Shown piece by piece: positions 26,730 through 38,367 of a stretch of DNA of 64,000 nt. Position numbers and translations under genes: made by a program. This DNA is from Octopus bimaculoides (taxonomy: Eukaryota). Location: contig NC_068984.1 of assembly GCF_001194135.2 (NCBI RefSeq), positions 117,370,566 through 117,434,565 of the forward strand, read 5' to 3'. Under the pieces are notes generated by a model. That model ran no database searches and was not told where the DNA came from. It was given only the letters and a program-made list of their open reading frames with translations. The first letter of the stretch is position 1. Every line of letters starts with the position of its first letter.

Positions 26730-27974
26730 TCACACATCAATATAAGAAGTTAGGTACTCAATAAGCCGACTTGGGAGAGGTAAATGTTTGACATCCTTTA
26801 ATGAAACTAAATGGAGAATCCTTCGGCGACATAAATACTGTAAGTTGAGGTGAACGATAGGCAGTTTATATGTGAAGACCTGCCGTTTGTAAGGTAAGTT
26901 TTTCATAACAGCAATGCAAGCTTCACTGGGTGAGAAACGGGGAAATACTTGTAGATTAACTACATCTGAAAATGGCCAGTAACAACCTTTTACATCGATA
27001 GTCATTAGCAATTCGAGCTTGTGATAGTCTATTACTCCAACAACATTTACTTTGTATTCTTTTGTATGGACAGGATGGACACAGCGTACAGCAAGGAAAT
27101 CTCCTGATTGACTGGAGCGAATTTGTTGAATACCTGCTCGTAATAAAAGTCCCTCGACAGATTTTACAATTTCTCCAGATTCAATATGTTGTACCTGGAT
27201 ACACCGGCACCAGCTCACAACAATGCAATTGTCCCCAGCCTGGGCATTAAAAGTAAGTACCTTGGCACGAAGTGACGGTGACACAGTACTTACAGTAATG
27301 TCATTTGAAGGGTGAACTCTCATTTTGCGTAGAAAATAATTGTCTGGCATTACAAGAACACGAGTGGTATGGTCTGGTCGCAACAGAATCCTTTTCTTTT
27401 TTGGTGATATGTAGCATTCATACCAGCGCCGAAGATAGTAAGCAATGCTGAAATCGGCTAGTGCCAACTGATGAGTTAAATCCAATACATAGAATACAGC
27501 CATGAGATCTTCTCGGGATGGGTTCAGTTGAAGTACAGCTAAGTTGTCATGGTAACTAATAATACAAGCCTCTTTGAACATGACAGGCAAAGAATCCCAG
27601 CAGCGGACCGGCATAGTGGTTGTAGCAGTGGTAAATGGATTCAGCCCATTGATAACTACAGAGTTTGTACAAGAGGCGGTTTTGTTGGAGACTACAGCTT
27701 CAAACATTGAAGGTAACTTCACACTGAAATGCTGACCATCTGTGTTATCAGGTTTAACAAGAATACCATTCCGTCGATGTGGATCTCTGGAACTGCTGAA
27801 GTTAGTCTTGTCAGTGAAGCCACTAACATTTTTAATACCTTGTAGCCATTTTGTATAAGAGCAGGACCACACCAGCTCCCCACTGTTTGTTTTGAACAAA
27901 TGTTCAAACGAATCCCGATTGCTAAGCTGGCTAACTTTCAGGGAGGGATTGTGATGGCTGTAACAGCTTCCCAT
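26730..27974 (-). CDS. Uncharacterised SOCS-box protein (414 aa) with putative beta-propeller region and N-terminal acylation motif
   Basis: The only long non-repetitive ORF in the window. ATG at 27974 in GCCATGG context gives MGSCYS. The C-terminus NLQYLCRRRI...LPLPSRLIEYL matches the SOCS BC-box plus Cul5-box. Blade-like motifs include YISPKKKRILL, RSSQSGDFLAVR and RFSPSEACIAVM. The track's TTG start at 28010 is probably not used. Confidence 0.85.
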   Translation of the reverse strand: MGSCYSHHNPSLKVSQLSNRDSFEHLFKTNSGELVWSCSYTKWLQGIKNVSGFTDKTNFSSSRDPHRRNGILVKPDNTDGQHFSVKLPSMFEAVVSNKTASCTNSVVINGLNPFTTATTTMPVRCWDSLPVMFKEACIISYHDNLAVLQLNPSREDLMAVFYVLDLTHQLALADFSIAYYLRRWYECYISPKKKRILLRPDHTTRVLVMPDNYFLRKMRVHPSNDITVSTVSPSLRAKVLTFNAQAGDNCIVVSWCRCIQVQHIESGEIVKSVEGLLLRAGIQQIRSSQSGDFLAVRCVHPVHTKEYKVNVVGVIDYHKLELLMTIDVKGCYWPFSDVVNLQVFPRFSPSEACIAVMKNLPYKRQVFTYKLPIVHLNLQYLCRRRILHLVSLKDVKHLPLPSRLIEYLTSYIDV

Positions 27975-28032
27975 GGCAGTGTTTTGAAGGCAGGAACGGT
28001 AAGGTAACAAATTACCTTTTATTTGTCAGAAA

Positions 28033-28045
28033 CCTGTAAAATATA
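28033..28045 (-). promoter_or_regulatory. Probable splice acceptor of the SOCS-box coding exon (5'UTR intron)
   Basis: Minus strand reads gtatattttacag|GTTTCTGAC, so the exon would start at 28033, 59 nt upstream of the ATG. Confidence 0.55.
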
Positions 28046-28102
28046 CAAAAAAAAAAAATGTGAAAATAATAAAGGTACAAGTTCATCATCTTTAGTCTAC
28101 AT

Positions 28103-28626
28103 CAGTGGTTCCCAAACTATGAGTCGCGACCCACTGATGTGTCACGAACGGAATCCTAGTGGGTCGCAAAAAGTTATAAAATTACGCATTAGCTNNNNNN
28201 NNNNNNNNNNNNNNNNNNNNNNNNNNNNNNNNNNNNNNNNNNNNNNNNNNNNNNNNNNNNNNNNNNNNNNNNNNNNNNNATCAAGCAGTAGGCTTTTTTC
28301 ACGAACTTAACAAATCAGAGGTGGTCATTTTCTCAAGTTATTTATTCGTACGTAATCGTAAAAAGGAAAAGTCTGTTTTTACCTATTTATAGAGAACTTT
28401 AACTAGGCGCAGTACAACACTGATCGAGCCAATAACAGTTACTGCTTCAAGGTTTTGTATTAGAGTTAATACCTGCCCATAGGGTATGGAGACGTTGAAA
28501 CAGTTATAAAACGTTTTGTTTCACATTTAATATAACCCTAACCCTAACCCAGTAGAGTTAAGTGGGTCGCCATAAATTGGTGTCATAAATAGTGGGTCGT
28601 GTCTCTAAAAAGTTTGGGAACCACTG
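28103..28626. mobile_element. Non-autonomous hAT element (MITE) with 8-bp target-site duplication
   Basis: TIRs CAGTGGTTCCCAAAC / GTTTGGGAACCACTG. Identical 8-bp TSD GTCTACAT at 28095-28102 and 28627-28634. Confidence 0.92.
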
Positions 28627-28834
28627 GTCTACATTATTTATAGAAGAGAGGACAAGTCAATAATATTTTTCTTCTCTTTGATAGTTTACAAATGCTTGCA
28701 GGAAAAAAATTGAGAGAAAAGTATATTAAGATATGAATACAATGGTAATTTATTTTCAAATGCAGAGATGCTGTAAGAACAGCAGAAACAATGGGTAAAT
28801 TACCCTTACAAAGCAGAAAAATTAGTCAACAAAC

Positions 28835-28907
28835 AGCTATGGGACTCGAACCTATATCTCTTGATATGACTCCAGCTAAGTGCTTTACCATTAAGCTAAA
28901 CTACCTA
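28835..28907 (-). repeat. tRNA-derived head related to the 21.4-kb unit
   Basis: Minus strand GGTAGTTTAGCTTAATGGTAAAGC...GGTTCGAGTCCC. Both flanks are also similar to the 312-bp unit. Confidence 0.55.
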
Positions 28908-29006
28908 CTAACAAATTAATCCACTTTTTAGACACTTAAAGCTAAATATGCAACCACGTGTGAATAAATATAAACAAACTAACATTTGTTTTTTCTAAGT
29001 GCCAAA

Positions 29007-29397
29007 TTGTTGTTGTTGGCACTCCGTCGCTTACAACGTCGAGGGTTCCAGTTGATCTGAACAACGGAACAGCCTGCTCATGAAGTTAACGTGCAAGTGG
29101 CTGAGCACTCCACAGACACGGGTACCATTAATGTAGTTCTCAGGGATATTCAGCATGACACAGTGTGACAAGGCTGACCCTTTGAATGGCAGGCACAACA
29201 GAAACAGGAAGTAAGAGTGAGAGAAAGTTGTGGTGGAAGAGTACAGCAGGGTTCACCACCATCCCCTGCCGGAGTCTCGTGGAGCTTTAGGTGTTTTCGC
29301 TCAATAAACACTCACAACACCCGGTCTGGGAATCGAAACCGCGATCCTATGACCGCGAGTCCACTGCCCTAACCACTGGGCCATTGCGCCTCCACTA
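29007..29397 (-). mobile_element. Full-length tRNA-headed SINE (family D, (CAA)n tail) with TSD
   Basis: Head GTGGAGGCGCAATGGCCCAGTGGTTAGG...GGTTTCGATTCCC carries A and B boxes. TSD taagtgccaaa at 28996-29006 and 29398-29408. Confidence 0.9.
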
Positions 29398-29827
29398 TAA
29401 GTGCCAAAATGTGTATATTAAGATACAAATAAGATGATAATCTATTTTTCAAATGCAGAGACACCATTAGTACTTCAGAAACATTGGGTAAATTACCCTT
29501 TCCGCTTTGTAAGAGTAATCTACCCAATGTTTCTGCTGTTCTAACAGCATCTCCGCAATAAATTATCATCTTATTTGTTTTTTAATATATACATACCAGC
29601 GCTTATAAAAAACAAATGTTAGTCTATTCATATTTGCATACATGTGAGAGAAAAGTAATTCATATAAAAATAACAGGAACGATATTCCTGATATAGGTAG
29701 CTGTCACCATAACTCGTAAAAAGGACGGGAGAGGAATACTCAACCACTTTTTTTTTTCTTTTAATACATCCTGTTTGCAGATTAGCCTGCATATTGAGAT
29801 TGTACTGAGGTTTGTATCTTCAATGAT

Positions 29828-29860
<33 letters not shown>

Positions 29861-30396
29861 GTTCCAAAAGGTTATGCGCATTTCCCTTCCTCCTCTAGCT
29901 GAGCTACATAAAAAATATAAAAATATTTTTAGTAAAATTAAAAACAATGACTTCATCTTTGTGTAATCTGTCAGTGATAATCTGATCTTGTAAAACACTT
30001 TCACGACCACGCGACCACTATCACTACAATTACTACTGCTGTTGTTGCCAAGGTCACCAACAGCACCACCACTACTTTACATCTATTTTCTATGTAAGCA
30101 TGGATTGGATGGACTGTTTACAATCTGAGTCAATTCTTATCCTGGGTTGTAGAGGACCACATTTCACTTGTACATTCTACCACCAATAAGAAATCATAGG
30201 AACGAAGAGTGATTGAAATGAACAAATGATGCAGCTAGGAATTGAACTCATGTCAGAAACAACATGCTAAGAGCTTTTCAACCATTTCTTGGCAATAACA
30301 CATAAAGAGTGAAAGAGGAAGCAAAAGAGCAGCAAGGAAAAATTTCATGTCTGTGTTATTGCTGAATCAACATCTTCCATTCCATTGTGTTTACCT

Positions 30397-30782
30397 TTTG
30401 TTGGCACTCTGTCGCTTACGACATCGAGGGTTCCAGTTGATCCGATCAACAGAACAGCCTGCTCGTGAAATTAACGTGCAAGTGGCTGAGCACTCCACAG
30501 ACACGTGTACCCTTAACGTAGTTCTCGGGGATATTCAGCGTGGCACAGAGTGTGACAAGGCTGACCCTTTGAATTACAGGCACAACAGAAACAGGAAGTA
30601 ACAGTGAGAGAAAGTGGTGGTGAAAGAGTACAGCAAGGTTCGCGACCGTCCCCTGCCGGAGCCTCATGGAGCTCTAAGTGTTTTCGCTCAATAAACACTC
30701 ACAACGCCCGGTCTGGGAATCGAAAGCGCGATCCTATGACCGCGAGTTTGCTGTCCTAACCACTGGGCCATTGCGCCTCCAC
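30397..30782 (-). mobile_element. Family D SINE
   Basis: Near-identical to 29007-29397. Confidence 0.88.
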
Positions 30783-30789
30783 CTAGAGT

Positions 30790-31150
30790 GACATAGACAT
30801 GGTACATAATTCAGAGATCAGGAAGTCTCTCCAGGTCAAATCACTCTTTCTCTGCATTGAGAGATTACAGCTCTTCTTGTACAGTGGACATGTGATTAGA
30901 ATGTCACAGGTAAGAATTGCTAAACAGAATCTTCAAGTCAAGCCAACCATTAGGAGACCTAGGGGTAGACCAAGAATCAGATGGGTGGGTAATATCCATA
31001 GTTTCAGTTAATCATGCTTGGCAAACCAGCCAAAAAGTGCAATGGTGGTTGCTTCTAATGGGACCCTATGGAGAAGATGCCTGCAAACTCTACCCACATG
31101 AACCTCCCAGAAAGTGGATGAAGAAAATGGCTGGATGAATGAATGGATAG
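30790..31150 (+). mobile_element. Degenerate RTE-type LINE 3' fragment
   Basis: IERLQL..SGHVIRMSQVRIAKQ.LQVKPT.RRPRGRPRIRW, then a (GATG/GAAT)n tail. Confidence 0.7.
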
Positions 31151-31450
31151 ATGGAAATAAATTTTCTAAGTGGAACATTTTGAAACCATCGACTTGCTTA
31201 AATCTGTGTTTTTCTTCTTTTTCTTTAATGGTTTGATTGGAGGATGAGGGACAGAGTCCATAAACATTTTCAGGGCATCGGTGACTAATGGGAAGAAGGG
31301 AGGGATTTATACTCAGACCTGAGACCTGGTTCAAATGCTGTACGGTGTGGTCAAACACCAAACAATAAGGGTGCAAAACAAACCTCATAACCACAAAACC
31401 ATATTCATGCATGAACAAAAATGAGTCAGGAAGAAAGGGTTATGAAACAC

Positions 31451-32088
31451 TTTACTCTTTTACTCTTTTACTTGTTTCAGTCATTTGACTGTGGCCATGC
31501 TGGAGCACCCCCTTTTAGTCGAGCAAATCGACCCCAGGACTTATTCTTTGGAAGCCTCGTACTTATTCTATCGGTCTCTTTTGCCGAACCGCTAAGTTAC
31601 GTGGACGTAAACACACCAGCATCGGTTGTCAAGCGATGTTGGGGGAACAAACACAGACATGCAAACATATACACACACACACAAACATATATATATATAT
31701 ATATATATANNNNNNNNNNNNNNNNNNNNNNNNNNNNNNNNNNNNNNNNNNNNNNNNNNNNNNNNNNNNNNNNNNNNNNNNNNNNNNNNNNNNNNNNNNN
31801 NNNNNNNNNNNNNNNNNNNNNNNNNNNNNNNNNNNNNNNNNNNNNNNNNNNNNNNNNNNNNNNNNNNNNNNNNNNNNNNNNNNNNNNNNNNNNNNNNNNN
31901 NATATATATATATATACATACATATATACAACGGGCTTCTTTCAGTTTCCGTCTACCAAATCCACTCACAAAGTTTTGGTCGGCCCGAGGCTATAGTAGA
32001 AGACACTTGCCCAAGGTGCCACGCAGTGGGACTGAACCCGGAACCATGTGGTTGGTAAGCAAGCTACTTACCACACAGCCACTCCTAC
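31451..32088 (-). mobile_element. CORE-type tRNA SINE (family A) with internal (TA/TG)n microsatellite and (AGAGTAA)n tail
   Basis: Head GGAGTGGCTGTGTGGTAAG...GGGTTCAGTCCC and CORE-like ggcaccttgggcaagtgtctt. Other copies or parts: 671-997(+), 5470-5950(-), 11100-11290(-), 36740-36930(-), 39450-39615(-), 41470-41640(-), 45800-46021(+), 46753-47068(-), 50332-50549(-), 53771-54160(+), 55840-56030(+), 59070-59700(-). Confidence 0.85.
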
Positions 32089-33336
32089 GCCTTTGTCAAA
32101 GAATTAAAAATAAAAATGGAAGAAAAAAATTAATTTTTTTTTTACCTGTCATTAGAAAATACCACAGTGATGAAAGGAACAGGCCATAGTGTCATTTGAG
32201 ATTTCCAATGCGGGAACACATCTTAAATGGTCTATGTCTGAAAAATAGATTTAAATGAATGAATATATGAATATATAAATAACAGATATTTGTTTGATTA
32301 GTTCTAGACTATTTTGTTTATTTTTGTATGTTTATCATAATGGGTCTTGACACAGTGTTCCAATCAGCTTTCTCTCCAGAGATTTGGGGAGATCTCTCTC
32401 ACCAACATTCTCCAACCAATGGACTTCAGAAGTGCTATTTCTGTATTCTGTCCTTTCGATTGCAACGACAATGGCCCCTGCTCCTTAGAACTAGTTAGCT
32501 AGCTATATACCAACATTATATCTTGCTGAAAGGAGAAGCATTTAGTAATGAGCAGTGAATCAGAAAGCAGTACACCAGACTTTATAAGCAACACAGCAAT
32601 TTGCAAAACTGAGTGGAAGCACTTTCTCAGTAAGAACATATAATAATGAACTTATTGCATACAGTGCTCAGAAAAAGTAACCAAAAGTGCATGAACAGTA
32701 CATAGAATAATGCATAGGAATGAACAGTGAATGAGCTATTTAAAAAGAAGTGGTGGTGGTGGAGGGGCATCAGGTGTACTGTTGATGAATTTCAGGAAGC
32801 ATATATAACTGGGGTAAAATTTAAGACAAAAATCTTAAAATTTGTTAATACAAATTTATAAGCCTTGGCCTAATACAAACAAAAATAGTATAAAAAGAAA
32901 AATCAATATAAAAACTGCAGATATTGAAAGACAAATAGATAAATTGTTACTTGGTTGACTACTTGGTGATTATTACACACTCACACTTTTTTTGGGGAAA
33001 AAAAAATCAATCACCGTTTTTGTAATGGCTATTCCATGCATATTGGAAATATATTGTGAGGTATGAAAACTTGGAACACAATTGTAATACCACTTGAGAC
33101 TAGAAATTCTTTTGTGTGCGACACNNNNNNNNNNNNNNNNNNNNNNNNNNNNNNNNNNNNNNNNNNNNNNNNNNNNNNNNNNNNNNNNNNNNNNNNNNNN
33201 NNNNNNNNNNNNNNNNNNNNNNNNNNNNNNNNNNNNNNNNNNNNNNNNNNNNNNNNNNNNNNNNNNNNNNNNNNNNNNNNNNNNNNNNNNNNNNNNNNNN
33301 NNNNNNNNNNNNNNNNNNNNNNNNNNNNNNNNNNNN

Positions 33337-33370
<34 letters not shown>

Positions 33371-34005
33371 TCATTATCATCATCACCATTTAATGTCTAT
33401 TTTCTCTGTTGGCACAGGCTGAATGGTTTGACAGGAGCTGGCAAGCCAGAGGACTGCACCAGGCTCTCATGTCTACTTCGGCATGGTCTCTATGGCTGAA
33501 TGTCCTTTCTAATGCCAACTACTTGACAGAGTGTAACGGGTGCTTTTAACATGACACCAGCACTAGTGAGGACACCAAGAAACTTGCAAGACAAGACTCC
33601 TCAACTGAGCAGTGAGTAGTCGTGTGGAGGGAGGTAGTTTTGTGTCAGGTGATGAGAGATTAAAGCATGATAGTTGGATAGAAACAGGTGTCTTTGCTGT
33701 AGAGGGACAACTAGTCCAGTAGGAAAAGAGGAGAGAAAGAGAGAGAGAAAGAAGAGAGACAGACAGACAGAGAAGATGGTGGTAAAGATGTGTCTGGGTG
33801 TACCATCAAGCTACAGGGAAGTGAGTATAACTGAAGTGGTAGAGAGGATTAGAGAGGGTGAGTGGGCAGGTAAGTTTACAAGAATGCAAAAGGAGAGTGG
33901 GAGATACATGAGAGGGGGAATGCAGTGAGTGAACACTGTTTATTGCATTATGTAAATTACACGTCCACTAGAGTACCCAGGGATGGATTAAGACTCACAG
34001 AGGCC

Positions 34006-34425
34006 CTTCTTTTCTTTTCTTTCTTGCCTTTAACCCTCCAGCGTGGAGTATAGGCCACTTATAATTAAATTCCATGTCGCATAATTTTTCGCTTCTTTAC
34101 TTATTCTCTGCCATAAATGTCCCCTTTTCTCTAGTTCCTTTTGTGTTGATCTACGCCATGAGTTCTTAGACCTACCCCTCTTTCTATATCCATCCGGATT
34201 CCACTGTAAAGCACTTTTTGCTGCATTTGGTGTGTCCTTTCTAATTGTGCTACCAATCCACTTCCACTTTTTGTTAAATATTTGCTCTCTAATCAAAACT
34301 TGATTCGTTCTTTGCCATAGCTTCATATTGCTTATGTGTTCGGGCCATCTGATTTTAAGTATACTACGCAAGCACCTGTTGATGAATAATTGTATTTGCT
34401 TATTTGACTTAACCACTTCAAAGAT
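34006..34425 (-). mobile_element. RTE-clade LINE 3' fragment (RT C-terminus plus A-rich tail)
   Basis: QLFINRCLRSILKIRWPEHISN...KWKWIG...ALQWNP.GYRKRGRSKNSWRR is a typical RTE C-terminus, followed by an aagaaagaaaagaaaag tail. Confidence 0.85.
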
Positions 34426-37207
34426 TTTGGAGCCCCCATATACATGTAATTCAAAATATAGACAACAATAAACCATAAAATGAATTTTTATTTTTCGAAA
34501 TGAAACAAAACTAACAGTAAGATGGAGAATAATGTTTATTTTTGTATAAGTCCATCTTATTTATATTTCGAAAATTTTCTCTTACTTTTTTTTAATGGCA
34601 AAGTCTTTGATCAGATCCTCACTATGAAACAATGAACACTTCGAAATTATATTTACGATCATATAAACCACTTCGAGTGTTATTTTAGCAAGTTTAAAGT
34701 GATATCTTTTGAGCTGTAAATCCTTTACCATCTCTGTGGTGCCCAATTTCCCCTGATGCCCTAGCATGTGTTTATTCTGCTTAATGGTTAATCTATATCT
34801 GCTAGTACCAAATATAACTAACTAGCACTCCATTAGTTATGATGACGAGGGTTCCGGTTGATTGGATCAATGGAACAGCCTGCTTGTGAAATTAATGTGC
34901 ATGTGAGCACTCCACAGACACGTGTACCCTTAACATAGTTCTCTGGGAGATTCAGTGTGAGACATACTGGTACTACTCATTTTTGAAATTCTGGTACTAC
35001 GCATTTTTGCCAGCTAAGTCAACTGGAATAACATAAAATAAAGTGTCTTGCTCAAGGACACAATGCATCGCCAGGAACTGAACATACAACCTTGCAATCA
35101 TGAGTCGAATACCCTAAGCACTGAGCCACATGCCTTCACTAGTACTTAATATAAGGAGTAAACTTTAATTCATCAAAATGTTTTTCAGTATCATCATCAT
35201 TTTAATTTCCACTTTTCCATGTTTGCATGGGTCAGATGGAATAATTCATCGGAGCAAATTTTCTATGGCTGGATACATTTCCTACTGCCAAGTCAGATCT
35301 GTTTCCGAAGTATCATTCCCCAAAGTCCAGACATGTTTTCACAGAAGACTGGAAATGGAGGACATCACTTGTATGATGGAGATGCTTATTTACAACTATC
35401 ACATGATGACAAGACAATGAAACGCAAGCACATACACACACATGCACACATATAAATACACACATACACACACGCATGCTCAGTATATCACCACCTTCCT
35501 GAATTATCTAGACTCATGTCGTCAGCCCATTGGGTTTGTTTCCCTTGACTCTTGTTTTGTAATCACTTATTAGGTATGCGCTTAAGCAAAACATAATCTT
35601 CTGTTTATTTGAAATTATTTCGAGAAAATATTTCAGTGAGAATTGGGTATTCAGCTGTAAAACACCTGAGATGTTAAATGAAAAAAAAAAAGCAAAAAAA
35701 AAAATGGAAGATAAAGAAAAATAATCAAGCAAATCATCGTCGTCATCGTCATCATCATCATCATCATCNNNNNNNNNNNNNNNNNNNNNNNNNNNNNNNN
35801 NNNNNNNNNNNNNNNNNNNNNNNNNNNNNNNNNNNNNNNNNNNNNNNNNNNNNNNNNNNNNNNNNNNNNNNNNNNNNNNNNNNNNNNNNNNNNNNNNNNN
35901 NNNNNNNNNNNNNNNNNNNNNNNNNNNNNNNNNNNNNNNNNNNNNNNNNNNNNNNNNNNNNNNNNNNNNNNNNNNNNNNNNNNNNNNNNNNNNNNNNNNN
36001 NNNNNNNNNNNNNNNNNNNNNNNNNNNNNNNNNNNNNNNNNNNNNNNNNNNNNNNNNNNNNNNNNNNNNNNNNNNNNNNNNNNNNNNNNNNNNNNNNNNN
36101 NNNNNNNNNNNNNNNNNNNNNNNNNNNNNNNNNNNNNNNNNNNNNNNNNNNNNNNNNNNNNNNNNNNNNNNNNNNNNNNNNNNNNNNNNNNNNNNNNNNN
36201 NNNNNNNNNNNNNNNNNNNNNNNNNNNNNNNNNNNNNNNNNNNNNNNNNNNNNNNNNNNAGAGAGAGAGAGAGAGAAAGGAAGAGAGAGAGAGAGAGAGA
36301 GAAAGGAAGAGAGAGAGAGAGAGAAAGGAAGAGAGAGAGAGAGAGAAAGAAAGGAAGAGAGAGAGAGAGAAAGGAAGAGAGATAGATAAAGAGATAGAGA
36401 GAGTGAGAAATGGAGAAAAGTAAAAAGAATAGCTCAGCCAGCAAAACAAAGAAAAAACAAATTGGTTGCTTCCTTTGCATTCAAGTCCAACGCCCTAAAT
36501 GCAGCAGAATCATCTAGCATACCAAAATAATAATATCACTAAATTATATTGAGGAAATGAAAGAAGAATATGAAATGCCAACACATACTCTAGAGCTGGA
36601 GATAGTTTTTAATGAATCAAGAATTCATGTTGTGTGGTATCTGATATACCTGTATTTGTTTATGTTGTTCATATGCATGCCTCTGGCCACTGAGTTATTT
36701 GTCTTAGTTCATTTTTGTTTAGATTATACTATACTCTCATTTACTTGTTTCAGTCATTTGACTGCGGCCATGCTGGAGCACCGCCTCTAGTCGAGCAAAT
36801 CGACCCCAGGACTTATTCTTTGGGTCTCTTTTGCCGAGCCGCTATGTTAATGGGGACATAAACACACCAGCACGGTTGTCAAGCGATGTTGGGGGGACAA
36901 ACACAGACACACAAACACATACACATATATATNNNNNNNNNNNNNNNNNNNNNNNNNNNNNNNNNNNNNNNNNNNNNNNNNNNNNNNNNNNNNNNNNNNN
37001 NNNNNNNNNNNNNNNNNNNNNNNNNNNNNNNNNNNNNNNNNNNNNNNNNNNNNNNNNNNNNNNNNNNNNNNNNNNNNNNNNNNNNNNNNNNNNNNNNNNN
37101 NNNNNNNNNNNNNNNNNNNNNNNNNNNNNNNNNNNNNNNNNNNNNNNNNNNNNNNNNNNNNNNNNNNNNNNNNNNNNNNNNNNNNNNNNNNNNNNNNNNN
37201 NNNNNNN

Positions 37208-37259
<52 letters not shown>

Positions 37260-37451
37260 CTTTTATCTTTTGCTTGTTTCAGTCATTAGGCTGTGGCCAT
37301 TCTGGGCACTGCCTCGAAGGATTTTTAGTTGAATTATTTTTATTATACCTGGTACTTATTCTATCGGTCTCTTTTTGCTGAAGTGTTAGGTTATGGGGTT
37401 GTAAACACACCAACACTGGTTGTCAGTGGTAGTGGGGGACAGACACAAAGA

Positions 37452-37509
37452 CACACACATATATACATATATACATTCATTCATACATACATACATACAT
37501 ATATATATA

Positions 37510-37577
<68 letters not shown>

Positions 37578-37610
37578 TACATACATACATACATACATAC
37601 ATACATACAT
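37452..37610. repeat. (TACA)n compound microsatellite
   Basis: Directly visible. Confidence 0.95.
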
Positions 37611-37672
37611 AAATTATTAAGGTGTCTATCTACAATTTAAAAACCAAAAGGCACAAGTACAAATGTCACTGA

Positions 37673-37955
37673 AGTGACTAAGAGTGCAACTGAGCACCAG
37701 CACTGCTAGAAATAAGAGTCAAAACAACTCTTAGCCACAGGCAATCACTTATCTATCAACTAACAAGGGAGACCAACCTCCCTAAAGCAAGTGATGTTGG
37801 AAAATTCCAAGCCCTGCACTACCAACACATGAAGCTCAATGTGTAGGGAGGTTGGTCTTCCTTATCAGTCAATAGATAAGTGCTTGCCCGTGTCTAAGAG
37901 TTGTTTTGACTCTTATTTCTAGCAATGCTGGTGCTCTTTTGCACACTTAGTCACT
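37673..37955. mobile_element. Foldback MITE with ~110-bp inverted arms
   Basis: agtgactaagagtgca...gaccaacctcccta mirrored by tagggaggttggtc...gcacacttagtcact. Confidence 0.75.
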
Positions 37956-37993
37956 ATAGCGAAGTTTGCTTATATAGATACATACATATATAT

Positions 37994-38367
37994 CAGGGAT
38001 GTGCCGCCTAGGTAGACAAGGTAGGCAGTGTCTACCTTGAATAAAATACATCAATAGCAACATTTTCCTTTCATGGCAAAGTATGCACCTAATTCAATAA
38101 AATTATGAAGGTTACTCTGATTACTATGCATAAAATGCAAAATATTTTATTTTTTGTAGATTAGGTAGGCATAATTCACCCCTGCCTTTCAATCTCAGTA
38201 TTTAAGCTACGCATAGTACTGCTGTAGTACACGTGTTGTATACACTCCTACAACAACGTTTTCTTTATGTGCTATAAAGGCAGAAGTAAATCTGCCTTCA
38301 ACTCAGTCACACCCTGTATGTCGCTTATTTTTTGTGTGTTTTACTACATAAAGGTCACCAACTGCCT
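37994..38367 (+). mobile_element. Same hAT-like repeat, copy 2 (runs into a gap)
   Basis: Collinear homology with 304-670. Confidence 0.5.

Noticed and set aside
29325-29397. SINE heads as functional tRNA genes
   Set aside because: A and B boxes are present, but they continue into SINE bodies and tails and lack proper cloverleaves.
32370-32500. Possible minus-strand UTR exon with a GTGAGA donor
   Set aside because: Splice-like motifs alone are expected by chance; transcript data are needed.
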